Positions 1 to 13,347 of a stretch of DNA of 64,000 nt are shown here, piece by piece (position 1 is the first letter of the stretch; every line of letters begins with the position of its first letter). The notes beneath the pieces were generated by a model that searched no databases, was not told the DNA's origin, and was given only the letters and a program-made list of their open reading frames with translations. Source of the stretch: Felis catus (lineage: Eukaryota); assembly GCF_018350175.1 (NCBI RefSeq), contig NC_058368.1:72232001-72296000 (forward strand), given 5' to 3'. Made by a program: the position numbers and the translations under genes.

Positions 1-214
1 GTGGCGCAGTCGGTTAAGCGTCCGACTTCAGCCAGGTCACGATCTCGCGGTCCGTGAGTTCGACCCCGCGTCGGGCTCTGGGCTGATGGCTCAGAGCCTG
101 GAGCCTGTTTCCGATTCTGTGTCTCCCTCTCTCTCTGACCCTCCCCCGTTCATGCTCTGTCTCTCTCTGTCCCAAAAATAAATAAACGCTGAAAAAAAAA
201 ATTAAAAAAAAAAA
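1..214 (+). mobile_element. Young feline SINE (SINEC_Fc type), 5' end cut by window edge
   Basis: GTGGCGCAGTCGGTTAAGCGTCCGACTTCAGCCAGGTCACGATC head, CT-rich linker, A tail, CpGs intact. Confidence 0.95.
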
Positions 215-223
215 CAACGCTCT

Positions 224-443
224 GGGCACCTGGGTGGCACAGTTGGTTAGGCGTCCGACTTGTGTTCAGGTCATGATCTCGTAGTTCCTGGGCTCGAGCT
301 CCACGTTGGGCTCTGTGCTGACAGCTCAGAGCCTGGAGTCTGCTTTGGATTCTGTGTCTCTTTCTCCCTCTCTGCCCCTCCCCTGCTCATGCTCTGTCCC
401 TCTCTTTCTCAAAAATTAATACACATTAAAAAATTGTAAAAAA
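224..443 (+). mobile_element. Carnivore SINE (SINEC), tandem with the previous copy
   Basis: GGGCACCTGGGTGGC head, CT tract, A-rich tail. Confidence 0.93.
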
Positions 444-850
444 TGCTCAACATTCACAGGCTGTAATCAGGGAGATCTAAATTTAATGTTCTATCTTCAC
501 ACCATCAGGTGTAAAAGTCCAGTAACATCAATTGTAGACAAGGATGAGAAATGAGATTTCTGACAAGTTGCTGATAGGAGTAAAAAGTGGCACTAGAATC
601 CAGGGGGCCATGAGGCAATATCTCATAAAGCCTAAGGTTCTTCCTTTACTCCAGCAACTGCTCTCCTAACTATGTACACTCAGATACTTCTCACATATGT
701 GCACAAAAAGTCATAGGCAGTGAACTAGAATGTGTGCAAGAGAAAAACAGTGAAAAATGTCCATCAATAGGAGAATGAATGAATGGATGAATGAACAAAT
801 TGCAGTGTATTTTTATAGCAGGATAATTCCCCATGTGAAAATGAAGTGGT
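444..850 (+). mobile_element. Old L1M (L1ME-like) 3' fragment
   Basis: Degenerate L1 3'-region motifs (aaatgctcaacat..., aatgtccatcaataggagaatgaat). Confidence 0.55.
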
Positions 851-867
851 TAAAAATATGAGGTAGA

Positions 868-1076
868 TTGTGCAGGACAAAGTCCCTGGTCAGCAACCAG
901 CTATGTGGCTTGCACCAAATGACTTAAGCTTTCTGCGCCTCGATGTCATTTGTTCAATAGATGTCATGATAGTACCTACCTCTGTGGCATTGTTTTGAGT
1001 ATGAAATAATTTCACACCTCAAACACACAGCATGGCTGACACATAGGGAGTGGTCCATAAATGAGAGTTGTTATTA
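868..1076 (+). mobile_element. MIR
   Basis: MIR core-like ...ctttctgcgcctc...atagtacctacct...gacacatag...ttattatt. Confidence 0.7.
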
Positions 1077-3159
1077 TTTCTAATGGTGGATACTTAACTA
1101 CTCTTCCTATCTGTGTTTTTATATGACTTCATAATAATTTTTATGCAAGGAAGTGATTGAGTATGGTATTACGAAATGGCTCCAATTCACAAATTATTCA
1201 CTTGCAAATACATGGAACCCAGGTGGTGTTTCTTCAAAGAAACTATCTTATACAGAGTGATTTGAACATCAGGCCAGACCACTAACAGTCTATTTAGCCC
1301 TTAAATGACTTCTCAAATCCTGTGAGACTTAAAAGTTTACTAGTGAAACTACCTGTGGGTAATACTACCAGGTAGGTAAACTACCTCTGAGGTCAAGCCC
1401 TACTACTCACATGGCCAAAAAGATAGGTCCCTTCTCCACCAGCTCCATGAAGCTCACGGTGGTAATGAGTAGTGGCTCTTGTAGGTGGAGGTGAGACAAG
1501 GTTTTCAGAGGGAATGAAGGAGGGAAAATTACTTTGGGTTCCTACTGTGGGAAAACTTGGCTTAAGTGGACTTGCTGCTTTCATTCCATTCCCATGACCT
1601 ACTGCCTCTGGCCAATTGCCCATTTTGGGTGGCCAACTAGGAAACGAAGGTCTCCCTGCTTCATGTTCATCTTTGGATGTTTTCCAGTGAGTCTCTTCAG
1701 AGCTCTTGAATGAGAAGTCACCAAACTCAGCTGTAAGCAGCCAAATTTTGGCACTGTGCAAGAAACAGAATAAAACCAGTCTTTGGGGAGAAAATAGAGG
1801 CAGGATGCACAGACAGAAGCAAAGATGCAAAACTGTGTGGCCTCCAACAGAGAGTGAGAGAAAGACAAAGAAAGTACAGCTGCCTGGTGGGCCTGATTAT
1901 ATGCAAATGCCCCCTGTGAGCATCACGTCTGTTCCTTGCAACTAAACAATTCTTGAGTAGGACATAAATAGTCACTTAATCCTCATGACTGAGGAAGGAG
2001 ACACTATCCCTATTTTACAGAAATATGCCCCAGGTCATACTAATAAATAGCATAGCTGAAATAGGTCTGTCTCCAGAGCCTACTCTCTAAGAGGTATAAC
2101 AGGGTGATTTGTTCTCCTTTAGGAACAAGGCTGTACTGGGTATTGCTTCATGGATTACCTGGGAAGGCAGGTGTGAGAGGGAAGGGAGTCAGGAGCCATG
2201 TGCTGGAGGCAGGTGTAGCACAAAAAGAAAAGGAAACCAGGTCTAAGTCTTGGCTCATCCTTATTCTCAGGCTTTTCCTTGTCATTTCCGGCCATCTTGT
2301 TCCCATCATAAGAAACAATAGCAGGAAGATGTGGGACCTCAGATGACGAGCAAGGCAGCAGTGCCCAGGGAAGTAGAGAAAGAAGCAGAAAGACATTCCA
2401 GGCAGCACCAGGGTGCAGAGAGGGAGTGTTTCAGGGGCTACAGGAGGTTCGCTTATTTGTCCTTCACTTAGGAACGAATTTATAAGGAATTTCAGGTTTC
2501 CTATGGCTAAGTTCCTTATTAAACGTGGTATGAATTGCATTAATAAGTGGCTAAAAATGAAAAATGTCCTAGGAAAATTAAGTTAATTAAGTTAGCACTA
2601 AGTTAATCCATTGAAAATTTCAACAAGTGTTATCACAGAGCTCACCACACATAACCTAGCAGGTTTTGCTCTGAACTTGTGGTTTTGCAATTAAATTTAA
2701 GAGCATATATGCATTTTCGTTTATTATAAAAGCAGAAAAGACCACCCTAAGGGTGCCAAATTGAATCCTTTCCCTGTATGCCTGGATATGACTCTCATTA
2801 TGGTTATAATTATAGCTACGATTACACTTAAAATTTGTGTCTCACAACACAGAGTGGAATTTCTAAGTTTCTAATTGCAGATCAAAGGTGCCTATTCTTT
2901 TCCTCTACAACTGGCTCTTTAAAGCCCATCATTCTTTAGAAGTAAGAAGAACTCTGAGTTTCCTAACTCATTTGAAAGCACCATAATCAATATATGGAAA
3001 GAGGAAGCAGGGATACCATAATGATTGCAATGAATATGAGGTAAAATATGTATGTGTGTACATAGTAATGTAGGAAAACAACAAAAAAAACCCCTGTTCC
3101 TATTGCTCAGATCCCATCACTGCTCAATGGAATATATAAAATCTTAATAGGTTTATTTC

Positions 3160-3341
3160 TGCAATGTAAAAACAAATGTATGTATAGATATACAGATGCA
3201 TATGTTGTATGCATATATATGCATGCATGCAGGTATATACACATATTATGTTGTACGTATATACATATACATAAATACGCACATATTTTTTTACATTGCA
3301 GGAATACATATGCACATATACACGCACATATATCTTTTAGA

Positions 3342-3373
<32 letters not shown>
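3160..3373. repeat. Degenerate (TA)/(CA)/(TACA)n low-complexity tract
   Basis: Alternating purine-pyrimidine sequence ending in (TACA)n. Confidence 0.85.
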
Positions 3374-3917
3374 AAGAGACAAACTATTACACATCAAACA
3401 CCCAGAATCACAGAAGGATCAGTCTACTATGTATTTAGTTGAACAGTAGTAGGGAAGATTAAGCCAAATCAATCTTATTTTATTAAATTATTTAATTACT
3501 TATGGTTAGCAGGAAATACACGTAGATGTTCATACCAATAAAGTAGACTAGCATATGGAAAACAGAATAGAAAATAAAAATATAGGGAATAATACCAATG
3601 AAGAAAGTAGGCAAACCCAAAGCTATGTCACAGGAAACAAGGACGGATATGGTTTTTAAATATCCTTCACTTATAAAGGCATTCAAGCCAGTCCCCATTT
3701 ACGTTGTAGGTGGTTTTAAAATTTTGAATATTTGAAAACAGAATTTATGGAAAGGCTGTTTAGGAATAATTGAAATTTATGCATTACTTACTATTATGCC
3801 ATCTATGTGAACTAAAATCCTATTACTATAACTTATTTCATTAGTTGTCTATTTTATCAAAGCAGTAGGATATATGGGTTTCTGGGTAAAATATTTTGTG
3901 TTTTAAACTTGGAATCA

Positions 3918-4080
3918 GGGGCACCTGGCTGACTCAGTCGGTTAAGCACCTGACTCTTGATTTTGTCTCAGGTCATGATCTCGCGATTCCTGAGTTTGAG
4001 CCCCACATCAGGCTCGGGCTGACAGTGCAGAGCCTGCCTGAGATTCAGTCTCTTTCTCTATCTCTCTGTGCCCCTTCCCT

Positions 4081-4121
<41 letters not shown>

Positions 4122-4148
4122 ATAAACAAATAAACATTACAAAAAAAA
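3918..4148 (+). mobile_element. SINEC
   Basis: GGGGCACCTGGCTGACTCAG head, (CT)n, tail; degenerate TSD aaacttggaatca/aaacctggagtca. Confidence 0.93.
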
Positions 4149-4424
4149 CCTGGAGTCAAAGTTTCAAACAAAGTTCCACCCGCAGGACAAAATCCATGGT
4201 TTCTTCAATACTCAAATAGGAACTCTGGGCGACCAGTCTGCCATCTCTCAAATATTTACCCATACCTAATTTTTCTGATTTATTTTAATGATGGCCAAAT
4301 TACTAACTCAAATTAATTACAGCTGTTCATATTTTTTATTCCAATAAATTCTACTTTTTTTGTTAAGATAGGAATGGTTTTGGTTCTTTACAACTATGTT
4401 ATTCCTGAGTAAGAGTACATTTCT

Positions 4425-4575
4425 TTTCTGTCTTTTTGTTTTTGGTTTTGGTTTTTTTGTTTGTTTGTTTTGACTTACATCCAAGTTAGGTAGCATGTAA
4501 TGCTATAATGATTTCAGGAGTAGATTCCAGTGATTCATCTCCTACGTATAACACCCAGTGCTCATCCCAACAAGG
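4425..4575 (-). mobile_element. Very short carnivore L1 3' terminus
   Basis: T-rich tail followed by ttacatccaagttag...aacacccagtgctcatcccaacaag, similar to the L1 ends at 46250 and 54530. Confidence 0.75.
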
Positions 4576-4944
4576 AGACTACATTTCTAATCTTAGACCC
4601 ATTTATTTCACATGCTGAAGAAGATAAAAACTCCTGAAAGCCGTAGGAAATAATCAAAGTCATGGCTAGGTCCTGCTGACTGCCACCATGTTTGAGAAGA
4701 GACACACCGGCAAAAGCATCCAACATTATCCAACTTTGAAAGATGCCTTCAACCAACTCCCAAAGTATTGTTTGTTTTACACTTAAAAATAAATTATTGT
4801 ATAGAAATAATGTTATTGGCATCATCCACTCAATTTCTGGTTCCTAGAAATAAGACCAAGAGAACAAATAGAGCTTCTTGTAGGTGAGAAGTCAAATGAA
4901 TACTTGCACAAGCCAAGAAGGTTCTAGATCCTTCTTTCACTTGA

Positions 4945-5300
4945 TTGTTCTCTTGTTTGGTAAACACCAATTGAGCCTTTTCCCTGTATCAGGAATAGTT
5001 CTGGCAGTGACCATGATCATTATGGTCCCCACTGCTATGGAGTTATCTCTGGTTGGAGAAACAGACTTTAAGTAATGAATGATACCATTTTAATTTATTT
5101 TACTAAAATCATGACAAACCCATAACATGTGGAAATATACAACCAGGGCACCTATGTACTCTTTGAGGATGAGGAAGGCTTCCTTAAGGAAGTGACTTTT
5201 GAGGTGAATTCTAAGTGGGAGAGAAGAGTGTTCTAGAAAGAGGAAACAATGAAAACGACAGAGACTCACGGAAGCAGAAATGCTATTTTATAAGAGATAT
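4945..5300 (-). mobile_element. L2 fragment
   Basis: Degenerate L2 3' motifs (ggaaggcttccttaaggaagtgacttttgag...tctagaaagaggaaacaa). Confidence 0.55.
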
Positions 5301-6294
5301 AAAGTGTAAAGGCAGGAGTAGAAAAACTGGCTTTCTTGGTAACCTCTGGGCTACCTCTGGAAAGGGATGATGGAGGATAAGCTGGAAGGAATTAAAGCAA
5401 ATACTTATTCTTCAATGTCATTCCTATAGTTTAAAATATGCTTTAGGAGAATGTAACATCACATTTTGCCCATTTTAAAAATGAAAAGAAGTGATATCTT
5501 CTACTGTTTGTCCTTGAGGGTGAGAGATCATTATGATTCCAGGCAGGAGCGAGTGGATGATTCCAATGAAAATTTTCTTATTACCTAGTTTTTAGATGGC
5601 ATTAGTCATTAATAAAAAGCCAATGAGTATTTCATGGCCATTTTATTTTAAATATTTTTTTCTGTACTTGATTCTTTTCTTTCTTTCTCTTTTAATTAAA
5701 TGATGAATGGTTAATCTATTTTCCACTCAGACCTATCGATCCCTTGGCCATCCCACTTTTCATTTGTACTCTTTCAGGTACACTCTTCTGGAAAGCTTGA
5801 TTTTGGACCAAACATGTAAAGCTGAGCTCAATGGAACTTTCTTCATATTGAAATGTCAGAATTTATTCACCTTCACTTCAAACCATATGTGTCATTATTC
5901 ATAAAACCTATCAAACATACCACCATATTCACAAAGATGTCTAATGTGCAGGTCTCTTGGATCCAACATCGACATACTTCTAGCCTAACATTTACCCACC
6001 CCTTCACTGACCTTTATTTCCCTATATCCATGCACAGTGCTGTTCTTTCATTACACTCTCCTGGCCATTTATCTCTTGCCATCTCAAATTTCTGTGATAA
6101 GGAGGCTAATAACTTGCTTTCTCAATCCAGACTGCAACCTTGACGCATCTACTCAACAAGCATTTAATACATTTTAAGCAGCGTATTCAGGGCCCCTGTA
6201 AGACTTTGATTTGGTACTCATGGCTGGCGTGATAGTTTATTTCTATTACAAACTTACGTTTCCTTGGCATATTTTTCTCCACTGGATACAGCAT

Positions 6295-6340
6295 GGAGCT
6301 AGGAGCCAGAAGACCCAGGAGCTAGGAGCCAGAAGACCCA
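6295..6340. repeat. Perfect 23-bp tandem duplication
   Basis: GGAGCTAGGAGCCAGAAGACCCA x2 (6295-6317, 6318-6340). Confidence 0.95.
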
Positions 6341-6571
6341 GATGTACCCAGGGCCTCTCCGTTTGGCAGAGGTGCAAGTTTAGGAGCTCACCCAGGCCCT
6401 CTGGGTCCTCACATCCTCATCTACAAAGGCTGAGGGAGCATGGCAGTCTTTCTCCATCATTGGGCTATACTGAGTGAGGGCCTTCCTTGACCTCTCAGAG
6501 GAGGAGTGAGGACTCCAAAATGTAGATTGCCATAGCATCCTACTTTACTTCTTTAAAAATCCTCATTGCTC

Positions 6572-6933
6572 ATGAGAAAGAATGAACTATGGCCCTTTGT
6601 AGCAATGTGGATGGAACTGGAGAGTGTGAGGCTAAGTGAAATAAGCCATACAGAGAAAGACAGATACCATATGGTTTCACTCTTTTGTGGATCCCGAGAA
6701 ATTTAACAGAAGACCATGGGGGAGGGGAAGGAAAAAAAAAGAGGTTAGAGTGGGAGAGAGCCAAAGCATAAGAGACTCTTAAAAACTGAGAACAAACTGA
6801 GGGTTGATGGGGGGTGGGAGGGAGCTGGGAGGGTGGGTGGTGGGTATTGAGGAGGGCACCTTTTGGGATGAGCACTGGGTGTTGTATGGAAACCAATTTG
6901 ACAATAAATTTCATATATTGAAAAAAAATAAAT
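6572..6933 (+). mobile_element. 5'-truncated feline L1 (L1_Fc-like 3' end)
   Basis: L1 ORF2 terminus and 3'UTR with G-rich tract and A tail; exact 16-bp TSD aaaatcctcattgctc at 6556-6571 and 6934-6949; TTT/AAAA endonuclease site. Confidence 0.92.
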
Positions 6934-8343
6934 AAAATCCTCATTGCTCTTGTAATTGCTCTTTAGACGCTGGTTTTTCTCCACCTACCCGGAAGTAATC
7001 TCCAGGAAAGCAGGACTATCTTAGTGCCACTAATTATCAGCTGATGACTGATTACTGAGTAACTTTTTAGGCAAGAAGCTACCACTACCATGCTGTCATT
7101 GCCATTACTGTCAGTAGCAATGGCAGTACCAGACAGTCGTAGGAGTTCAATTATTAGCACCATCCAATATACAACAGAAAGAAGCCACAAAATAATATTA
7201 GGTCTTATCAATACTCCTTACAAATGTTTCCTCTTTTCCTCTTCATTCTTTTAACTGATAGAAACAAATAACTATATGGTTAAACGCCACAGCAATGGTC
7301 CAAAATACAATACTTTGCTTATGTTATGTATCAATCTTTGAAATGTATCAATCCCTCACCCCCACCTAGAGTATGATCCAAAAGAAAGAAAAGCGTGTTC
7401 TTATCCTGAAGCAGATGAAAAACCCTTCCCCGATTTATGGGGACGGATGTAAAGAACTACAAAAGCATCCCTTTGTAAGAAAAGGATTTGTAACTGAAAA
7501 CAAAAGACAGTGAAGAGAATCAAATTCCACAGGAGGAAGAATCAATTCCCTCTCCCCAGGATGATGTGGCTTGACTCTTCACCCTTAAAGAGTAAGGAAA
7601 TGGACTAAGTGAAAATGCAGTGGGGTGGTAAGGATGCCACTTTTGGAAAGGTGATATGTTTTGAACACGAATTACTGATATTTGGAGGGAGAGAGGGAGA
7701 ACAAAGCAAGAGAAGATGCCAGGGCAGTCCACCAAGGAAAAGGAGTTTATTGGGCTTTATGAAGAGATTAGCGTAGAGGATAAGTCCAAAACACCCACAG
7801 ACCAGAAACCCGATGGGACGTCCCCTGATGGCTTCCCAAGGCCCTAGGATCCACCCGCCATCCCATAGCCTCGTCTGCAGCAGGTGCAGTTTGTTAAGGA
7901 AGAGCCTTTATCATGTCCCGTTGCTCAGACAGCTTGCAGATGCAGAATAAGCTACCTATTAAAAATATTCCTTCCCAGTTCCTTGGGAAGGTACTCAGTT
8001 AAGTGGATTGTGACTGTGACCACCCTCATGTAAACAATTCAGGCCTTTGTAGAAGAATATTTTTACATCATTTAATATGACAACAGAATATTTCACTGAT
8101 TTAATACTGTTGGAATGCTAGCACTACCTGGGTGCATTCATTTGCTTGAAATTTACCAAATCCTTGCTGTGTATCTTCGGAAAAAAATAGGTAGATCCTG
8201 GTAAAATACTGCCCAGGATGGAGCAAAATACTGTCCCTGACTCCAGGACCATAAATTTGGACAGACATAGAGTTCGGAGAGCCGGGGATTTCCTTGGATA
8301 AAAGTCAAAGAACTCTGCTGCATGAGTTTAAAAATGGTATTTA

Positions 8344-8460
<117 letters not shown>

Positions 8461-9666
8461 TCAGAGACACTTAATATGGAACATCGAGAACTCCTACTTT
8501 ATGTCTCCAGCGCTTACATTTTTTATGTTATCAAAGATGTGTCTTTTTATGGATTTATATTTAGAACATGAGTCATTCCAATTATGTTCATTTGAACACT
8601 GAAAACTTAAGTGAATAATAATCATAATGAGAATAATGGTAATCGCTAGCCTGAATTTATTGAGCCCTTGCTATGCATCAGGTCCTTTCTGCTTTATACA
8701 TCCTTGGCATATAATTGCCCAAATATTCTTCTTGACTAGACTTTAAAGTAGGCATTTTATCCCCATTAGATTGGTTATCGATTATTACATATTAGACCTG
8801 GAAGAAAATGAAAATGAGAATTCCCAAGCATTATGTCCGGTGTGATTTTTACTAGGAGTTGTAAATTTTTATCTTTATTTAGTGGACATTTCTCACTGAG
8901 CCAACAGAAAAATATTCTCTGGATAAATAATATAAGAAGCATGCACGTGGCACAGGGAATAAGGCTGGTGTTATTTTAATGGTAGGAGACTGACATATCA
9001 CTTAGACTCTGTGAAATTATTTTAACTAGGCCAAATTAATCTGCTCAGCAGAATTTTATGTACATATTTATGAAGGGAAAAGTAGTTTCTTTTGCCTTAA
9101 AATACATAAGTGGTGAAATCCAGAATGGTACAGGATACTAAAATCTGATATTTATTGGATTGGATATCTGGATTGTTGGCTGCCTAGTTTATTATCTTAC
9201 TGCACATTCTACTACCTCAAAAATTAGTCATCCATCAATATTACAGCCAGTGGGAAGACACTGCCCACTATTTCCCCACTAGTATATTTTCTTTCCAATT
9301 CCTTATGGGTTTGTGTGTAGCGGGAGGGGTGTGGTTGCCAGTGAGGTAAGTTGGGATTAACGATTTTTATTTTTCTAAGACACTAACTATAAGCTAGTTT
9401 TTTTTTTCCTGCCCAAGGCCATAGTTTCACACACATAAGTAGACATTTCCTTTGCCATACTTATTCATGTCCTTGTGTTAGTCTGTGTTCAAAAGGGTAA
9501 TTATCGATGGAAATATTAGCCTATGCAAAGATCCCATACCTAAGATTCCTGGGAGCAGATCATTTGCAGAAAGACAACTTTCCCTCTATAAAATAAGTGA
9601 CATAGTCAGGGACAAGTGCCAAAATTCACAGACCATATATGTATTTACCAGAAAACAGTTTTTCTA

Positions 9667-9889
9667 GGGGTGCCTGGGTGGTTCAGTTGGTTAAGCGTCC
9701 AACTTGGGCTCAGGTCCTGATCTCACGGTACATGGGTTCAAGCCCCACATCAGGGTCTGTGCTGACAGCTTGGAGCCTGGAGCCTGTTTTGAATTCTGTG
9801 TCTCCTTCTTTCTCTGCCCCTTCCCCGCTCACACTCTGTCTCTCTCCCTCTCTCTTAAAAATAAACATTAAAAATATTTTTTAAAAAAA
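9667..9889 (+). mobile_element. SINEC
   Basis: GGGGTGCCTGGGTGG head, CT tract, A tail. Confidence 0.93.
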
Positions 9890-11512
9890 GAAAACTTTTT
9901 TTAATCGTTGGATTGAGAATTCTCTACAATGCCAACCTGCAACTCAGAAAAATGGTGTATCAGTTGTTTACGTCCTAGAATCAATACTTTTCGAAGACTG
10001 CATGGGGGGCTTTTTGCCAAGTATGCTACTTATTTTGAACTTCAAAACATATACAGAGAGCACCTTTCATAGGACATCCTACAAAATATTGTTCCACATA
10101 TGCTCAATTTAATTATCCCTTGAAACAGTACCCTGATTTATTTTTACATTATGCTATGTTCACCCCAAGGATAGCTACCATCTGTCTATATACCACATGT
10201 GTATTTTTAAGTGACAAGATGGGGGGTGCACATTTACCCAAAGATTCTTTGATCAGAGATGGAAGTTACAAATTACTTTGCTCAGGTGTCCGCGTACAGG
10301 ATTCTGATTCCCTTTAGAATGAATTTTGAAAGGTATTCTTAGTGGTAGAAGCAATCACATCCCCATGAATAGGCTCATTCTGAGACTACATACATTGGTT
10401 GAAATGCAAACCTTTTACGGTGTCTTTTAAAGTTCCCGTCAAAATTCTGGGTGTCTCCTTTTAAGGAGAAAAGACAAAAGCAATCCTGTCAGTCACTAGC
10501 TAAAAATCTTCTGTATGTGCAGCCTATGGTCTCTTATCATGACACAAAGGATCCCTGGGGCATAGGTTTGCTTTGATCAGTAGCAGACTAGTTTTCTCTG
10601 TTAAATTATTTTTTTTCCAGCTGACCAAAATCAAATGAATCAATTTAATTGTTAGTAAAAGTGTTCTCTCAAGGTCACCCCTTTGTATAAAATGAAGTGA
10701 AGGAAATTCAGACATGTCCAAGGTTCCATTTGTCTTTAGTCCCCTGAATTATAAAACAACATTTAGATTGGTTAATGTGACAGCTATGTGAGGTAGAAAA
10801 CAGGACATCCCAAGCCAGGAACCCTCAGGGCTCGAGTCCTGAGCTGCCAGTTGTCCCTCCATATCCCTCAGTATGACCCTAGGGAACTATAATTCGTACA
10901 TAAAGGTTAGGTACACGTTAATTGCCAGAGCCTAGCTCGAGTGTTTTTTGAGCACACATAACACAAATGTAGCCTTGTGTGGCCTTCAAGCTTAACAGTT
11001 TCGTTCTCCTCCAGGCAAAGTGAAACAAGCTTATCTCCACCATGAATCAGCGTAATCGGAAGACCACATGACTGGTGACTGGTGACAGGTGCTGAGGTGA
11101 AGCAGCTAAGGCGTGAGAACAGAGGCCTGGGATGGAGAGCAGCTAAGCTCAGGATGTTTCCTACTAGCACTCCGTGCATCCCAGCATCCAGCTCTGGGAC
11201 GATACACCCACACTACTGTGGACCTATGCACGTGCTGTTTTATCACAGACCTATGGGTTTCCTGACCTTTAACCCAACACACAGCTGAGCATGGGGCAAC
11301 CGTGACCCACGGCTAATAATTGTGCAGGTATGAAAGCCATCATCTCCATCAGAGCTCAGACAAACTAATGATTACGCCTCTGAAATTTTCCACATCATTT
11401 TCTCTTTGTTTTCCTGTGACATGTTATATTACGGTCTCTCCACAAGTCCTTTGGCATTATTTTTTTCCGTAATTTGTTTCTATGCTGTGAGTCGAGAGCA
11501 GACTGCTTTGTT

Positions 11513-11548
11513 AACAACAATAACAACAACAACAACAACAACAACAAC
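11513..11548. repeat. (AAC)n microsatellite
   Basis: Near-perfect AAC run. Confidence 0.9.
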
Positions 11549-11932
11549 ACAAACCCATTCAGTTCTCATCACCTGGTTCTCTTTTGCCTCTGTACGGTCC
11601 ACATCAGAGGCAAGTCCTCTTGAACGAAGATATCAGAAAGCCCCTTCCTCATCCCATTACTATGTATAATTTTCTTTCTCAACACCAATGCTCTTGAAAA
11701 GTCAAGGGACCCAAAGACACCAACAAGTGCACTAAGCCTGAGAACCCCTTAGCCTTTCTGTGAGGATAAGTTACACAGAACCACTGCTTATGTTCCACAT
11801 ACTAGAGAATGGCAGGAAGTGGCTCCAGTTCCGCAAAGCTGTGTGCTTTGCAATACAATAGCCATCTTTGTCTTATTCTCTTAATGCCTGTCTGTTTTAT
11901 TAGAATTATAAACTAATGATGTAGTTAAAAAA

Positions 11933-12159
11933 TTTTTTTTAATGTTTTATTTTATTTTTGACAGAGAGAGAGCCAGAGCATGAGTGGAGGAGGGGCAGAG
12001 AGAGAGAGAGACAGAGAGAGAGAAACACACAGTCTGAAGCAGGCTCCAGGCCCCGAGCTGTCAGCACAGAGCCCAACGCGGGGCTCGAACGCACAGACCA
12101 CGATATCATGACCTGAGCTGAGGTCGGACACTCAACCGACCGAGCCACGCAGGCGCCCC
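11933..12159 (-). mobile_element. SINEC
   Basis: Reverse-complement SINE; TSD aatgat(g/t)tagtt. Confidence 0.93.
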
Positions 12160-12184
12160 AATGATTTAGTTTTTACAGCTATTC

Positions 12185-12395
12185 CACGTGAAGTCCTTGT
12201 GCACAGAGTTCTGCCAGATTTTGCAAATGTAACAGAATCGCAGGAAATGATGTCCCTCCTCTCCTCAGACACAAAAGCATCTGAGCCACTTGCCTCCTGG
12301 CTGGTGAGGGGCTGGGCGGGGCCTGCAGCCTGTTGCCAGGCAGCCCAAGTGATGTTTCCAGAGGCTGCTGCAGGAGCTCTGGTTGCCTAGCAACC
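12185..12395. promoter_or_regulatory. Candidate intronic cis-regulatory module (RFX X-boxes, GC box, E-box, ETS-like site)
   Basis: GGTTGCCTAGCAACC 12381-12395; GTTGCCAGGCAGC 12332-12344; GGGCGGGGC 12314-12322; CACGTG 12185-12190; CAGGAAAT 12241-12248. Motif evidence only. Confidence 0.45.
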
Positions 12396-13347
12396 GGGTC
12401 CTCAGCCACAGCATTTCTCTTAATGAAGGTTTTTCAGGATTCTCTGTGTGATTACCTCTGCTGAATACCTAGACGCATTACCTCTGAATTACCAATTTAT
12501 TCCTCCTGATTAGGTATAATTTTGCATCAAAACCATTTTGCACAACTTTGTTCAAAGTCCCTTCCCATTTCGCTTTCTATTAGAACTGCTAGCTGATTTG
12601 GTGGAGCTTCCAAACACGACTTTTCCAGCTGTGGCTTTATAAATAAGAGTTACTTAATAAGCATAATGTGGTTTTAAAGTCATTTTATTTTAGGTCATCT
12701 CTTAGGAACACTGAATGTAAATTCTGCGCTGAGTTCTTAGCTTTATGCTCTATTTAGTTCTCAACGTCTTATAGCAGAAAACACACCTTCCAGACGTTGT
12801 CACCTGACTTAAAAGACAAGCCAGAGTGGACCTTGAACTTTATTATATTTCATAGTTCCCTAGAAGAGATGACAGAAGAAATAAAAACTAGATGTGCTTT
12901 TTTTTTTTACATCTGTGATATAACCTATATAACGTTAAAAAAAATCTTTCATAAAAGTTTGAATAGTTGTTTGCCAAAATTGAATAGTATTAATACTATT
13001 TCATCTATAATGAATTGGCTAGTCAGTTCAAACCTTCACAACACCGTAAAGATGTTGCTTAAGGCTTTTCCAAATAATAGCATGTTTAATAGCATTTTAG
13101 CATGTAATTCATAAAAGCTCAATTTGAAGCTTTTCAAAGCCAGATTTGTACCTTGGAGGTTTCACAAATACCTTTGTCCACAGACTTGTATAATGATTTA
13201 CAATGTTACATTAAATTTATCTTACAATTTAATATTAAAATAGTAGTCATGAGCATCAAAATCATTTCATGCTTGATTCAGGAATTTTTATTTTCTTTCT
13301 CTTATATAAAGATTCAAACTAGACTAAGACATATAAATCTTCCCTTC

